DNA of 64,000 nucleotides from Escherichia coli O157:H7 (GTDB lineage: Bacteria; Pseudomonadota; Gammaproteobacteria; Enterobacterales; Enterobacteriaceae): assembly GCF_013167455.1 (NCBI RefSeq), contig NZ_CP038328.1. One strand, 5' to 3'. The position numbers were made by a program, and so were the translations under genes. Below the pieces are notes generated by a model. It was not told the DNA's origin. It did not search any database and saw nothing but the letters and a program-made list of their open reading frames with translations. Position 1 is the first letter of the stretch. Each line of letters begins with the position of its first letter. This document shows, piece by piece, positions 8,868-20,554 of the stretch.

Positions 8868-11853
8868 TTATTCAAACAGGGCTTCAATATCGTTAATTAG
8901 CTCGCTGGCGGTGATGGCATCGAGTACGGAGAACTGCGCTTCCTGTGTTGAATTACTCCCCCAGCCATAGCTTTCTGCGTTGCCTTCCCATAGCCACAGC
9001 TTGCTTAAGATTTGCTCGGCACTCAGTTCGGCTGGCGACATGCCTACCGCAAAACCTTCATCGATTTCCATGATTAACGACCAGCGGCCCAGAGGTTTGA
9101 TCATCCAGCCGATCCAGCCTCCATCCTGCGGGGTGCCCTTTATCCAGCCTTTATTCGCCAGCCCCATGACCCGACCGCTCGGGCATTTTCTGCCTGCCCA
9201 GCGGGTCAGTTCGCTGGCGTTGCGCTCGGCTTCTGTCAGGGCGTAACTGTTACGGTCAAGCTGACGGAACGGTGGTAGCAGTTCATAGTCGGCAAAAAGC
9301 TGACCAAAGGCGGTAGCATCCGTCGGTGATATTTCCAGAACGTGAGGAATGCCAACAGAGATATCGCCTTCCGGCAGGGTGAAAAGATCATCGTCAGCGG
9401 TGCTGTAGCTGTTATCTTCCGCCACGCGGAAGCACGTCAGTAGCTGGTTTTCGGTGCTATAAACGCCCCAAATCAGACGGCGGGTTAAGTGGCGTACCAG
9501 TGGATGTTCAACCAGGAAGAGCTGAAAGTTTTCTGGCGACCAGCGGCGACGCAGGCACATGGCGGATTCCAACCTTGCTACCTGCTGGGCGGCGACGGTA
9601 CGCGCATCTTTTTTCAGCAGTTTGTAGCGGTTAACAGCATCGTTCGCCTGTGATTCATCATCGCTTTTGTTTGGTTTGGGCAGGTCTTTCAGACGGCTGC
9701 CAGAAACATCACGCACAAACGGTTTTAAGGTTTCATCAAAGCTGACGGTGAACTGGCGTGAGCCGAAATCCAGCAGCAACGAACCGTTATCATCCAGACC
9801 GAGATCCGGTGCTAACCGATCTTCAAGCTCTGCCACCGTGAGTTCGCGGCTTTCGGCAATGCCGGCAATTTTTTCTTTTGCCCGCTCCTGTAATGCTTTG
9901 AATTTCAGTTTCTGGGCAATACCGTTAAGCTGCATCAGGGCGATATCACTACCGATAGCGGCGAGAATATCCAACCCAACGGTGGCGCGTTTATGCTGGG
10001 ATTCACCAGGCCAGGCGCGTATTAATGGCGTCAGTTTGCGGGCGGTGTCATCGTTACCAAGAACGCCTAACGCAGTGAACGCCCAACTCTCTTTCGACGG
10101 TGCGCCCGCAGTCAGCCAGGCGGTAAACAGATCCCAGGCAAATTCAGCCAGTGAGTCGGCGGTACAGGCATCTTTCACCTGCAATAATCCCGGATACAGG
10201 GCCTCTTCCTGAGGGAAGCGGAGCATTTCACCGAGGTGCTGGAGTGCGCTATCTGGCAGTACCTTGCTGCTATTTTTGAGTTTCGGGCGAGTCCATAATG
10301 GAGGTTGATAAAACAACGGTAAAGGGGGGATTTTCGCCGGGTATTTACCCACAGGACTGTTGTCGTTATTTTTATTTTGAGTTTCCCAGGGCGGCGAGAC
10401 TAGTACCATTGGTAGAATTTCTGAGTTTGCAAAATCTTCATTGCGACTATTCAGCAATTGCTGACATTGTTGCAATAAATTTGCCGCTTGCGACGATAAT
10501 CCGATGACTAATTTTTCGACAAATAAAGGATTTGCATTAAGTAATGAAACCAGCAATGTATGTTTGCGTTTATCATCTTTTTTTACCAATGCTTCGGCTA
10601 ATGCCACTATCGTTGCAGAAGGAAAATTTTCGGCACTTTTTATTCGTAATGGCCAACGGATGATTAATACATTTCAGTACGTCACCGCAATTATCTTCTT
10701 CAGCATAGGGAGTCAGGCGAGCCAGTGCCGCTATACCTTGCTCCCGTAATACCGTAGCTGACCAACTGGCACCATAGGTGTTAAATACATCAATGTATTG
10801 ATAGTTCTCCAGTATTTCGAGCGTGAATGGATCTGTCGCTACCAGTTTCAACATTTCAAGTTGTGGAACATCTGCGACCTGGTGTAAACGATGTACGATC
10901 TCATGGGCCACTTCGGGTATTTCTGGCATTAAAATGGCAATTAACGGTTGGCGATAGAGTGATATATCTGGTAACGCAACGAGTAATTTTGCAATGCAAT
11001 TTTGCCATACTTCTTCTTCTGCTAGTGATAAATGTTTACGCAGACGTAAACTAAATTTGTCGTTATTCCTTCTATAACTGTCCTTGCTGCTATCTGCATA
11101 ATTAATAAAGAAAGTCAAATGTTCATCTTTATAGTCAAAATCGAAATCAATTTGCCACCAGAAGATGACAGTTTCAGTTGCGTATTCGATACCGAAGGTG
11201 CTTACAATTTCATCCAGCAACTCGGATGAGGTTTCATCATTCCAGCCCTGACAAAAACATATTTCCAGAAAAGTAAGTACCGCCATAGTACGCGCGGGTA
11301 TCTCAGTCTTTTGGGCCTTAATTAAGCTGATTGCCTGGCTAATCGCATCAGCCCATTCATCAGAGCATGAGCTGTAATCGAAAGTCAGATTTTTATAATA
11401 ATGATAAGTACGATTTGCCAATCGGGAAATTAAATTTTGTTTCTCGGGTTTGGTTGGTTTTTTTACTGGCTCTCCCGGCCAAAGGCGGTGGCTGAGGGCA
11501 TGGCGGGCAATATTCGGGGGAAGAATAATGGGATCGTTGTCTGCCAGCCAGGGTAAACCATTAGTTGCTGCCTGGCGATTTATTGAGGCTTTTTCCTCTG
11601 TGACCAGGACTTTCTTTGCTGAGGCATCATGTGAGTGAGCGTTAGCGTCTACTTGCTCCACATACCCCTTCTTCACCTTCTCCGCAATCAGCTTCAGTGC
11701 TGCTTTTTCCGCCGCCGCAGTATCTGCAAAGCTTTTTACCTGACTTTGCCCGTTGGTACCGACTTTACCCCAGTTAATATGCAGCTCGTTTCCCTGCTGC
11801 TCCACCGCCCAGAATTTATGTGATTTTTCGTCCTGATAAATATAGGTTTTCAT
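8868..11853 (-). pseudogene. molR/yehI-family paralog with WGR N-terminal domain, disrupted by a frameshift near 10575-10675
   Basis: Track ORFs 10573..11853 (MKTYIYQDEKSHKFWAVEQQGNELHINWGKVG...) and 8868..10607 overlap in different frames. The first frame matches yehI up to INHP, the second resumes at ENFPSAT, consistent with a single indel; the downstream piece begins at GTG, not ATG. Confidence 0.6.
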
Positions 11854-11865
11854 TGTTAAATCCTT

Positions 11866-14800
11866 TTAATCAAACAGTGATTCAATGTCGTTAATCAGCT
11901 CGCTGGCGGTGATGTCGTCGAGCATGGAGAAAGTGAGTGAGGATTGTTTACCGTAGCGATCATCTGGCGAGGTGATTTTTACGCTTTCAACCGGGTGCTG
12001 GTCGCCATACCCCGTTTCACCATAAATTAATGAAAAAGGTTCCGTTTCAAGTTCGAGATCGCCATGAGGGGTTGTTTTGCGCATCGCATAAACGCTGCCG
12101 CTTTCTTCCAGACGTTGCCAGCCTCTGCGTTCCAGCCCGACAATGCGTCCGGCCTGGCAAAGCCGTCCTTGCCAGCGTGTCAGTTCGTGAGTATTACGTT
12201 CATTATCAGCAAGGTGATAGCTACCTCGCTCGAGCTGTTGGAAAGGGGGAAGCAGTTCGTAATCAGCGTAAATTTGCCTGAATGCAGCGGCGGATTCAGG
12301 GGATATTTCCAGCACATGCGGAATACCGATGTTTCCTGCTGGCAGCGTGAATAACTCATCCTGCGCATCGCTGTAAGTGCTGTCTTCTGCCACGCGAAAA
12401 CAGGTGATAAGGGCGTTTTCATCGTTATAAACCCCCCATAACAGCCGTCGGGTTAAGTGACGTACCAGCGGATGCTCCACCAGAAACAGGCGGAACTGCT
12501 CTGCCGTCCAGCGTCTGCGCTGGCACATAGCCTGTTCCAGACGATCAATCTGCTGGCTGGCTATGGCGCGTACATCTTTTTTCAACTGTTTGAAGAGATT
12601 AACCGCGTCAGTTGCCTGAGTTTTTTCATCGCTCTGGTTTGGCTTAGGTAAATCTTTCAGGACTTTGCCGTTTGCATCGCACACTACAGGTTTTAAGGTT
12701 TCGTCAAAACCAACGGTGAATTTGCGGGGGCCGAAATCCAGTATCAGCGAGCCACTGCTATCAAGCCCTAAATCTGGAGCCAGGCGGTCTTCCAGTTCAG
12801 CCATAGTCAGCCCACGGTTTTCAGCAACTATGTTGATTTTCTCGCGGGCATGTTCCTGTAATGCTTTGAATTTAATTTTTCGCGCGATGCCATTAAGCAG
12901 CATTAGCGCAACATCGCTGCCAATATCAGCTAATACATCCAGCCCGGACACCGCCCGTTTATGCTGGGATTCCCCAGGCCAGGCGCGGATAAGCGGGGTT
13001 AATTTACGCGCGGTGTCGTCATTGCCTAAAATCCCAAGCGAAGTAAATGCCCAGTTTTCTTTTGCGGGTGCGCCAGCTTCTGTCCAGGCGGGATACAGAT
13101 CCCAGCCAAATTCAGCCAGTGATTCGCGGGTGAAGATTTCTCTAATGATATCCAGCCCAGCGTAGGCGGTAATGTCGCGAGGAAAGCTCAGCATAGTGCC
13201 GAGGTGGCGCATAGCGTCATCTGACAGAGGCAGGTTGTTACTTTTAAGCCGTGGTCTGCGCCACAAGGTGAACTGATAAAAGCCGGGCAGTGGGGCGATT
13301 TTAGCGGGATATTCTTCCAGTGGGTCGCTATCGAACAATGTTGCCAGCGCAGCTAAAACATCAGGTTGATTATATCCTTGCGCGATTTCCTCAATCGTTT
13401 CTCGCTGGTTTAAATTCACCAGCAGACGAAGCGCCTGGCGGGCACAATCACGATCTTTTCCTTTTTTGCCCAGGGCCACAGGAAGCAGCCCGGCGGCGGC
13501 ATGGCGTGGATAATCAGTTAGCCAGTTTCGCGCATCTTCATAAGACATTTTTTTCTGTAATTGTTGCGCCATCGGTAAGGCCAGTTCACTGACACCGAGG
13601 AAAAAGGGGAAGAAGCACAGACGTCGTGGATCACGTTGCAGGCAGGCCATAAATGCAGGTATGGCGGCGCTACCAAAAATTGCCAGAATATTTCCCTCAC
13701 CAGAGTAGTTATCTTCTTTGACTATCTGGTTAAGAAAAGAAATGGCCTGTTGACCAGGCAGGTAACAGAGGGCAATGAGATTCCAGCTTTTGTATGCATT
13801 GTTATGATAATGCACAAATTCAGCATTGAGTGCTGGAAAATCGAAGCGTAGCAGGGCATCAACGGCGCTTTGTGGCGCCGGAATTTTTTCGTATATTTTT
13901 TCTCCGCTCTCCCGCCATTTTTCAAAACCAAGATGCCACAGTATTTGTTGCTCCGGTGTAAGCGGTATTAAGTGTTTCTCCCAGCTTGCTTTTTTGATCG
14001 GCGGCAGGTCGGTAAACAATGTTTGTTTTGTCGCCTGCTGTTGGGCTATTTGCTGGAAGTGGGTGACAAGGTAAGTACGGGTCAGTTTTTTGGTAATCTC
14101 TGGAGTGACATCAGAAACAGAAGGAACTGGAAGCACTGGAAGATCAAACACAGGCGTATTTTTCTTTTTCTCTTTGGTCATCCAGGGCGGCGAAACAAGC
14201 AGCTCCGGCAACATATCCACAGTGGCATATTCACATTCTTCAGCGACTGACTGCGGACGACATTCAGATAAGATGCCTGCCGCTTTAGCATTAACCCAGG
14301 GAATGACGTCGCATACTAACTCTGGCGTGGCGGTAATCAGTTTGACAAGCGCTTTACGCCACTCTTTATCTTCATGTATTGCCAGCAAAGTAGCATAAGC
14401 CGCAATAGCCGCAGCGGGATGCTTTTGACTGGCCTTGCTTAAGTATTCCAGGTGCTTTTTCTTACCAATTACACCGAGGATCAGAATTTGAATCGCATCC
14501 GGGTGATTCGTTTTCCATAGCCATTTGACAAGATTTTCAGTCTCGCTGATGCGTTCGAAGAGATAAGTGGGATTGTCAGAATGGTCTTCCGTAAACTCAA
14601 GAAGTATCCGGCTTACACCGCGCACCCCATTATTTGCCAACAACATTGCCAGATAAGCGCGAAAATTACGAAAATCACGATACAACGGTGGGAAGTCGTA
14701 TTTTTCCACTGTACTCAGAGCAGTATCATCGGTTATCACCAGTCTTAACCAGGTCATCGCCGGGACGTTTTGGTCTGCATAGCGTAGATCTATAGCATGG

Positions 14801-15675
14801 GCGATATCCGGGCGTTCAGGGAGCAGTAACGCCGCAAAAGGTTGCCGTGCGGGGGATAGCGTCGGAATGGCGGTGAGTACTTTATCTACACAGCGTTGCC
14901 ACTCATCTTCTGAAGCGAGTGAAAGATGATGACATAGACGTTGATGCTAACTAGGTAGCGATTCTGCTTCGTGATTAGGTGGAATGATGGTGGTTACTGC
15001 GCCTTTTACTGGTTTATATTTGAGTTGAAGGGCAAAAAGGACGATTTCAACGGCGCTTTCCAGACCACAGCGAATGACTAAGTCATCGACCAGTTCATCT
15101 GCAGAGTAAGAGTTCCAAAAACTCCAGAGCAATGCTGCATCAGATTGCGCACTCCCTGTCTGTTGATTATCCAGAATTCGCCTTTGTAACTCAGCAAAAG
15201 CCTGCTGCCAGTTTTCAGGATAAGAGCGGTAATTGTTGTCGGGATCATATGCCCTGGTGTTATCTGCAATACGCTTCCATATCTCACCGTCTTTGCGCAG
15301 ATAATTGATCTCTCTGGGGCGAGAGCGATGAGGAAAAGCAAATCGGTTAATATCGTCAGTTACCGGAATAACTGCATCATCAGCCAGCCACGGGCGTTGG
15401 TTTTTACTCTCAGGGGAAGTTTCAACTTCAGGAGTGGCTTTGGTGATGGGGGGGATATGCACGTTTGCTGAAGCATTTTCCACATAGCCTTTTTTCGTTT
15501 TCTCCGCGATAAGCTTCAGTTTCGCTTTTTCCGCTGCTGCAACATCCGCAAAACTTTTTATCTGGCTTTGCCCGTTAGTGCCGACTTTGCCCCAGTTGAT
15601 ATGCAGCTCGTTTCCCTGCTGCTCAACCGCCCAGAATTTATGTGATTTTTCGTCCTGATAGATAAAGTGTCTCAT
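11866..15675 (-). pseudogene. molR: molR-like giant protein (WGR domain N-terminus), interrupted by one in-frame TAG at 14947-14949
   Basis: Track ORFs 14947..15675 and 11866..14757 lie in the same minus frame; the 189 nt between them are open in that frame. 1269 codons end to end, close to the ~1264 aa I recall for intact MolR. N-terminus MRHFIYQDEKSHKFWAVEQQGNELHINWGKVG. Confidence 0.65.
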
Positions 15676-15815
15676 TCTGCATCCCTGTAATTTTATCCAG
15701 TTGAATGCAGATGCTACCAGTATTTATACGGGTTAGAGAGAGACAAAATCGTAAGAAAACAACTTTAGGAATTTATAAAGAAAAGGCGCTGTCGATGCAG
15801 CGCCTTGAAGGGGGA

Positions 15816-17849
15816 TTATTTCACCTGATGACCCGGTTTAGCACCGGCATCCGGGCTTAGCAGGAAAATATCTTTCCCGCCAGGACCGGCAGCCATCACC
15901 ATGCCTTCAGAGATACCGAAGCGCATTTTACGTGGTGCCAGGTTAGCCACCATAATGGTGTGACGACCAATCAGTGCCTGCGGATCTGGGTAAGCAGAAC
16001 GAATGCCGGAGAAGACATTGCGTTTTTCACCGCCGAGATCCAGCGTCAGGCGTAGCAGTTTGTCAGAACCTTCAACAAACTCTGCGTTTTCAATCAGCGC
16101 CACGCGCAGGTCAACTTTGGCGAAGTCGTCAAAGGTGATGGTTTCCTGAATCGGATCATCTGCCAGTGGGCCAGTAACTGGCGCGGCAGCTGCTTTCACT
16201 TCTTCTTTAGACGCTTCCACCAGTGCTTCAACCTGCTTCATATCGATGCGGTTATACAGCGCCTTGAACGGATTCACTTTGTGGCCCAGCAGCGGTTGCT
16301 GGATACCATCCCAGGTCAGTTCTGTATTGAGAAATGCTTCTGCGCGCTCGGTCAGTTTCGGCAGTACCGGCTTCAGGTAAGTCATCAGCACGCGGAACAG
16401 GTTGATGCCCATTGAGCAAATCGCCTGCAGGTCAGCATCGCGGCCTTCCTGTTTTGCCACCACCCACGGAGCCTGTTCATCGACATAGCGGTTAGCCAGA
16501 TCAGCCAGCGCCATGATTTCGCGCACTGCTTTACCAAATTCGCGGCTTTCCCACGCTTCACCAATCACTTCAGCGGCATCAGTGAAGGTTTTGTACAACT
16601 GCGGGTCAGCCAGTTCGCTTGCCAGCACGCCGTCAAAACGCTTGTTGATAAAGCCCGCATTACGAGAGGCCAGGTTAACCACTTTGTTAACGATATCGGC
16701 ATTCACGCGCTGAACGAAATCTTCCAGGTTGAGATCGATATCATCAATGCGCGAAGAGAGTTTCGCAGTGTAGTAGTAACGCAGGCTGTCGGCGTCAAAA
16801 TGATTCAGCCAGGTGCTGGCTTTAATAAAGGTACCGCGAGACTTAGACATCTTCGCGCCGTTCACCGTCACATAGCCATGAACAAACAGGTTGGTCGGCT
16901 TGCGGAAGTTGCTGCCTTCCAGCATTGCTGGCCAGAACAGACTGTGGAAGTAAACAATATCTTTACCGATGAAGTGGTACAGCTCGGCGGTGGAGTCTTT
17001 CTTCCAGTATTCATCGAAGCTTACGCTGTCGCCGCGCTTGTCGCACAGATTCTTGAAAGAACCCATATAGCCAATCGGCGCATCCAGCCAGACGTAGAAA
17101 TATTTACCCGGCGCGTTCGGAATTTCAAAACCGAAGTACGGCGCGTCGCGGGAGATATCCCACTGTTGCAGACCGGATTCAAACCACTCCTGCATTTTAT
17201 TTGCCACCTGCTCCTGCAACGCACCGCTGCGGGTCCATGCCTGCAACATTTCGCTGAAAGAGGGCAGATCAAAGAAGAAGTGTTCAGAATCACGCATTAC
17301 CGGGGTAGCGCCAGAAACCACCGATTTCGGCTCGATCAGTTCAGTCGGGCTGTAGGTCGCGCCGCAGACTTCGCAGTTATCGCCGTATTGATCCGGGGAT
17401 TTACATTTCGGGCAGGTGCCTTTCACAAAACGGTCCGGCAGGAACATGCCTTTTTCCGGATCGTACAGCTGAGAGATGGTGCGGTTTTTAATAAAACCGT
17501 TTTCTTTCAAGCGAGTATAGATAAGCTCAGACAACTGGCGGTTCTCTTCGCTGTGCGTCGAGTGATAGTTGTCATAGCTGATGTTAAAGCCTGCGAAATC
17601 AGTCTGATGCTCCTGACTCATTTCGCCAATCATCTGCTCCGGGGTGATACCAAGCTGCTGAGCTTTCAGCATGATCGGTGTACCGTGGGCATCGTCGGCG
17701 CAGATGAAGTTGACCTCGTGGCCGCGCATTCGCTGGTAACGGACCCAGACATCAGCCTGGATGTGCTCCAGCATATGGCCGAGGTGGATTGAGCCGTTAG
17801 CGTACGGCAGTGCGCACGTCACCAGAATTTTCTTCGCGACTTGAGTCAT
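15816..17849 (-). CDS. metG: Methionine--tRNA ligase
   Basis: Track ORF with HIGH motif ([14 protein letters not shown]) and KMSKS; start at [19 protein letters not shown] gives 677 aa. Confidence 0.95.
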   Translation of the reverse strand: MTQVAKKILVTCALPYANGSIHLGHMLEHIQADVWVRYQRMRGHEVNFICADDAHGTPIMLKAQQLGITPEQMIGEMSQEHQTDFAGFNISYDNYHSTHSEENRQLSELIYTRLKENGFIKNRTISQLYDPEKGMFLPDRFVKGTCPKCKSPDQYGDNCEVCGATYSPTELIEPKSVVSGATPVMRDSEHFFFDLPSFSEMLQAWTRSGALQEQVANKMQEWFESGLQQWDISRDAPYFGFEIPNAPGKYFYVWLDAPIGYMGSFKNLCDKRGDSVSFDEYWKKDSTAELYHFIGKDIVYFHSLFWPAMLEGSNFRKPTNLFVHGYVTVNGAKMSKSRGTFIKASTWLNHFDADSLRYYYTAKLSSRIDDIDLNLEDFVQRVNADIVNKVVNLASRNAGFINKRFDGVLASELADPQLYKTFTDAAEVIGEAWESREFGKAVREIMALADLANRYVDEQAPWVVAKQEGRDADLQAICSMGINLFRVLMTYLKPVLPKLTERAEAFLNTELTWDGIQQPLLGHKVNPFKALYNRIDMKQVEALVEASKEEVKAAAAPVTGPLADDPIQETITFDDFAKVDLRVALIENAEFVEGSDKLLRLTLDLGGEKRNVFSGIRSAYPDPQALIGRHTIMVANLAPRKMRFGISEGMVMAAGPGGKDIFLLSPDAGAKPGHQVK

Positions 17850-17980
17850 AGTAGGCATTACTTCTTAATAGTGAAAAGGGGTTAGATAGTACCAAATGGG
17901 AAAATGTTAAGTAAGTACTTCTCTATATTCTTCAGGTAAACTATCAGCTGATGGTTTATCTATACAAAAAAGGAGTCGGG

Positions 17981-19090
17981 ATGAACGAACAATCCCAGGC
18001 CAAATCACCAGAAGCCTTGCGCGCAATGGTCGCCGGGACACTGGCCAATTTTCAGCACCCAACCCTGAAGCATAACCTCACCACGCTGAAAGCGTTGCAC
18101 CATGTCGCCTGGATGGACGACACGTTGCATGTGGAACTGGTTATGCCATTCGTCTGGCATAGCGCGTTTGAAGAGTTAAAAGAGCAATGTAGCGCCGAAC
18201 TGCTGCGTATCACCGGGGCGAAAGCTATCGACTGGAAACTGTCGCACAATATCGCCACCTTAAAACGCGTGAAGAATCAGCCGGGTATTAATGGCGTGAA
18301 GAACATCATTGCGGTCAGTTCCGGTAAAGGCGGCGTGGGTAAATCCTCCACGGCGGTAAACCTGGCGCTGGCACTGGCGGCGGAAGGGGCGAAAGTCGGC
18401 ATTCTGGACGCCGATATCTACGGCCCATCAATTCCCACCATGCTGGGCGCAGAAAATCAGCGTCCAACTTCGCCGGACGGTACCCATATGGCACCGATTA
18501 TGTCTCATGGCCTGGCAACCAATTCAATTGGTTATCTGGTCACTGACGACAATGCGATGGTGTGGCGTGGACCGATGGCGAGCAAGGCGTTAATGCAGAT
18601 GTTGCAGGAAACCTTGTGGCCGGATCTCGACTATCTGGTGCTTGATATGCCGCCAGGCACCGGTGACATTCAATTGACGCTGGCGCAAAACATTCCAGTA
18701 ACTGGTGCAGTCGTGGTCACCACCCCGCAGGACATCGCGTTGATCGATGCGAAAAAAGGCATTGTGATGTTCGAGAAAGTCGAGGTTCCGGTGCTCGGTA
18801 TTGTCGAGAACATGAGTGTGCATATTTGCAGTAACTGTGGTCACCATGAACCGATTTTCGGTACCGGTGGTGCAGAGAAACTGGCTGAAAAATACCATAC
18901 ACAGCTGCTGGGGCAGATGCCGTTACACATCTCCTTACGTGAGGATCTCGATAAAGGCACGCCAACGGTTATCAGCCGTCCGGAGAGCGAATTTACCGCT
19001 ATCTACCGCCAGCTGGCTGACCGCGTTGCAGCTCAGCTCTACTGGCAGGGTGAAGTCATTCCAGGCGAGATTTCCTTCCGCGCGGTCTAA
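17981..19090 (+). CDS. mrp: Fe-S cluster carrier ATPase Mrp/ApbC
   Basis: Start MNEQSQAKSPE after SD aaggag; P-loop SGKGGVGKSS; CxxC motif (CSNCGH); 369 aa; divergent from metG. Confidence 0.9.
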   Translation: MNEQSQAKSPEALRAMVAGTLANFQHPTLKHNLTTLKALHHVAWMDDTLHVELVMPFVWHSAFEELKEQCSAELLRITGAKAIDWKLSHNIATLKRVKNQPGINGVKNIIAVSSGKGGVGKSSTAVNLALALAAEGAKVGILDADIYGPSIPTMLGAENQRPTSPDGTHMAPIMSHGLATNSIGYLVTDDNAMVWRGPMASKALMQMLQETLWPDLDYLVLDMPPGTGDIQLTLAQNIPVTGAVVVTTPQDIALIDAKKGIVMFEKVEVPVLGIVENMSVHICSNCGHHEPIFGTGGAEKLAEKYHTQLLGQMPLHISLREDLDKGTPTVISRPESEFTAIYRQLADRVAAQLYWQGEVIPGEISFRAV

Positions 19091-19120
19091 CGCCTATTAA
19101 CCATTCTGGTTATTCTTCAT

Positions 19121-19161
19121 ACACCGCAGAGATGTTATATTGATGCGGTGTATTTGTTTTT
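19121..19161 (+). terminator. Intrinsic terminator downstream of mrp
   Basis: Stem acaccgca(19121-19128)/tgcggtgt(19144-19151) followed by T-run 19153-19161. Confidence 0.6.
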
Positions 19162-19351
19162 GCCGCATTAATGAACACTTATTTAATACTGCGAATATTC
19201 AGTGGATCTTAGTCCGAAACTGTACAAAGGCGATTGATTGTGCAACCACTGTCTCTTTATCATCCCTCGTGGCTGTGTAGCGGATGTACAGCTATAGTGT
19301 GTTATGCACTCAATCTACCCGGCATAACCTTTACTACAGGGATAACGTTCA

Positions 19352-19633
19352 ATGAATAAGTATTGGTTGTCAGGAGCTGTTTTTCTTGCTTATGGACTAG
19401 CATCACCCGCGTTCTCTTCTGATACTACAACATTAACCATCAATGGCAGAATTAGTTCCCCTACATGCAGTATGGATGTTGTTAATAATCATCTTCAGCA
19501 ACGTTGTGGGCAGTTGTTACAACGAGTTGAAACCAACTATCGTGCTTCTTCTACTGCAAAAGGCGTTACGACAGAAGTGGTAGCTGTGGGTAATAACGAC
19601 AAACGCAAAATCGTGTTAAATCGCTACGATTAA
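19352..19633 (+). CDS. yehE: YehE, small secreted protein upstream of the yeh fimbrial operon
   Basis: 93-aa ORF with signal peptide MNKYWLSGAVFLAYGLASPAFS; position between mrp and yehD. Confidence 0.7.
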   Translation: MNKYWLSGAVFLAYGLASPAFSSDTTTLTINGRISSPTCSMDVVNNHLQQRCGQLLQRVETNYRASSTAKGVTTEVVAVGNNDKRKIVLNRYD

Positions 19634-19924
19634 TTTGCCAACACCGTTTTAAGCATATTTAAAAAGCCAAAATCATTCCTATGAATGATTTCGGCTTTTT
19701 TATTCATCCCATAAATGTTATTTACGGTAATTTACGGTAATTAATCAGTTTCAAAAATGTTTGTTATAGCGAATTATTTGTTGTATTTATATTGCATTAG
19801 TTAATTTGTTTTAAATCAACAAAACAATATGTTTACATTGCGGCAACCTTTTTGATGTGAGAAATTTGTTTCCAAGAGATACAGACTCTTAACAAAACAA
19901 AATAAACTTATTAAGGAATGCATC

Positions 19925-20467
19925 ATGAAACATTCAATTATTGCTGTCGCTGTCTTATCTTCTGTATTTATGAGTGCTGGTATTTTCGCTGCTGAAGTAG
20001 ATACCGGAACTTTAACCATTAAAGGTAATATTGCAGAATCACCATGTACATTTGTCGCTGGCGGTGATTCAGTCAGTATTAATATGCCGACTGTACCCAC
20101 CACTGTATTTGATGGTAAAGCGAAATATTCAACTTATGATGGCGCGGTTGGTGTAACCAGCAGTATGCTGAAAATTACTTGTCCGAAGACTATTGATGGC
20201 GTAAAACTTTCGTTGATCACCAACGAGAAAATTCTTGGTAATGATAAGGCAATATCCAGTAGTAATGACACAGTTGGATACTATCTCTATTTGGGAGATA
20301 GCAGTGACGTACTGGATATTTCCGCACCATTTAATATTGAAAGTTATAAAACTGCTGATGGACAATATGCAATACCGTTTAAGGCAAAATATCTGAAGTT
20401 GACTGACAGTGGTGTTGCATCTGGTACAGTTAACTCTTCATTGGTTATGCGTGTTGCCCAGGATTAA
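19925..20467 (+). CDS. yehD: Fimbrial major subunit YehD
   Basis: 180-aa ORF, signal peptide ending FA|AEV, type-1-fimbrial-subunit-like; first gene of a chaperone-usher cluster; SD aaggaa. Confidence 0.85.
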   Translation: MKHSIIAVAVLSSVFMSAGIFAAEVDTGTLTIKGNIAESPCTFVAGGDSVSINMPTVPTTVFDGKAKYSTYDGAVGVTSSMLKITCPKTIDGVKLSLITNEKILGNDKAISSSNDTVGYYLYLGDSSDVLDISAPFNIESYKTADGQYAIPFKAKYLKLTDSGVASGTVNSSLVMRVAQD

Positions 20468-20507
20468 ATATTTAAAATAATCATCTTGTTTTTTCAGTAA
20501 GTTAAAA

Positions 20508-20531
20508 TGGCCGCCATATTCATGGCGGCCA
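20508..20531 (+). promoter_or_regulatory. Perfect 10-bp-stem hairpin between yehD and yehC (no U-run)
   Basis: tggccgccat / attc / atggcggcca; position typical of the stem-loops that set subunit-to-assembly-gene stoichiometry in fimbrial operons. Confidence 0.4.
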
Positions 20532-20554
20532 GCATAAATATAAGAGGCATTAAG

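Noticed and set aside
16800-17792. 330-aa plus-strand ORF in the six-frame track
   Set aside because: Lies entirely antisense within metG, which has clear synthetase motifs; typical shadow ORF in a GC-balanced coding region.
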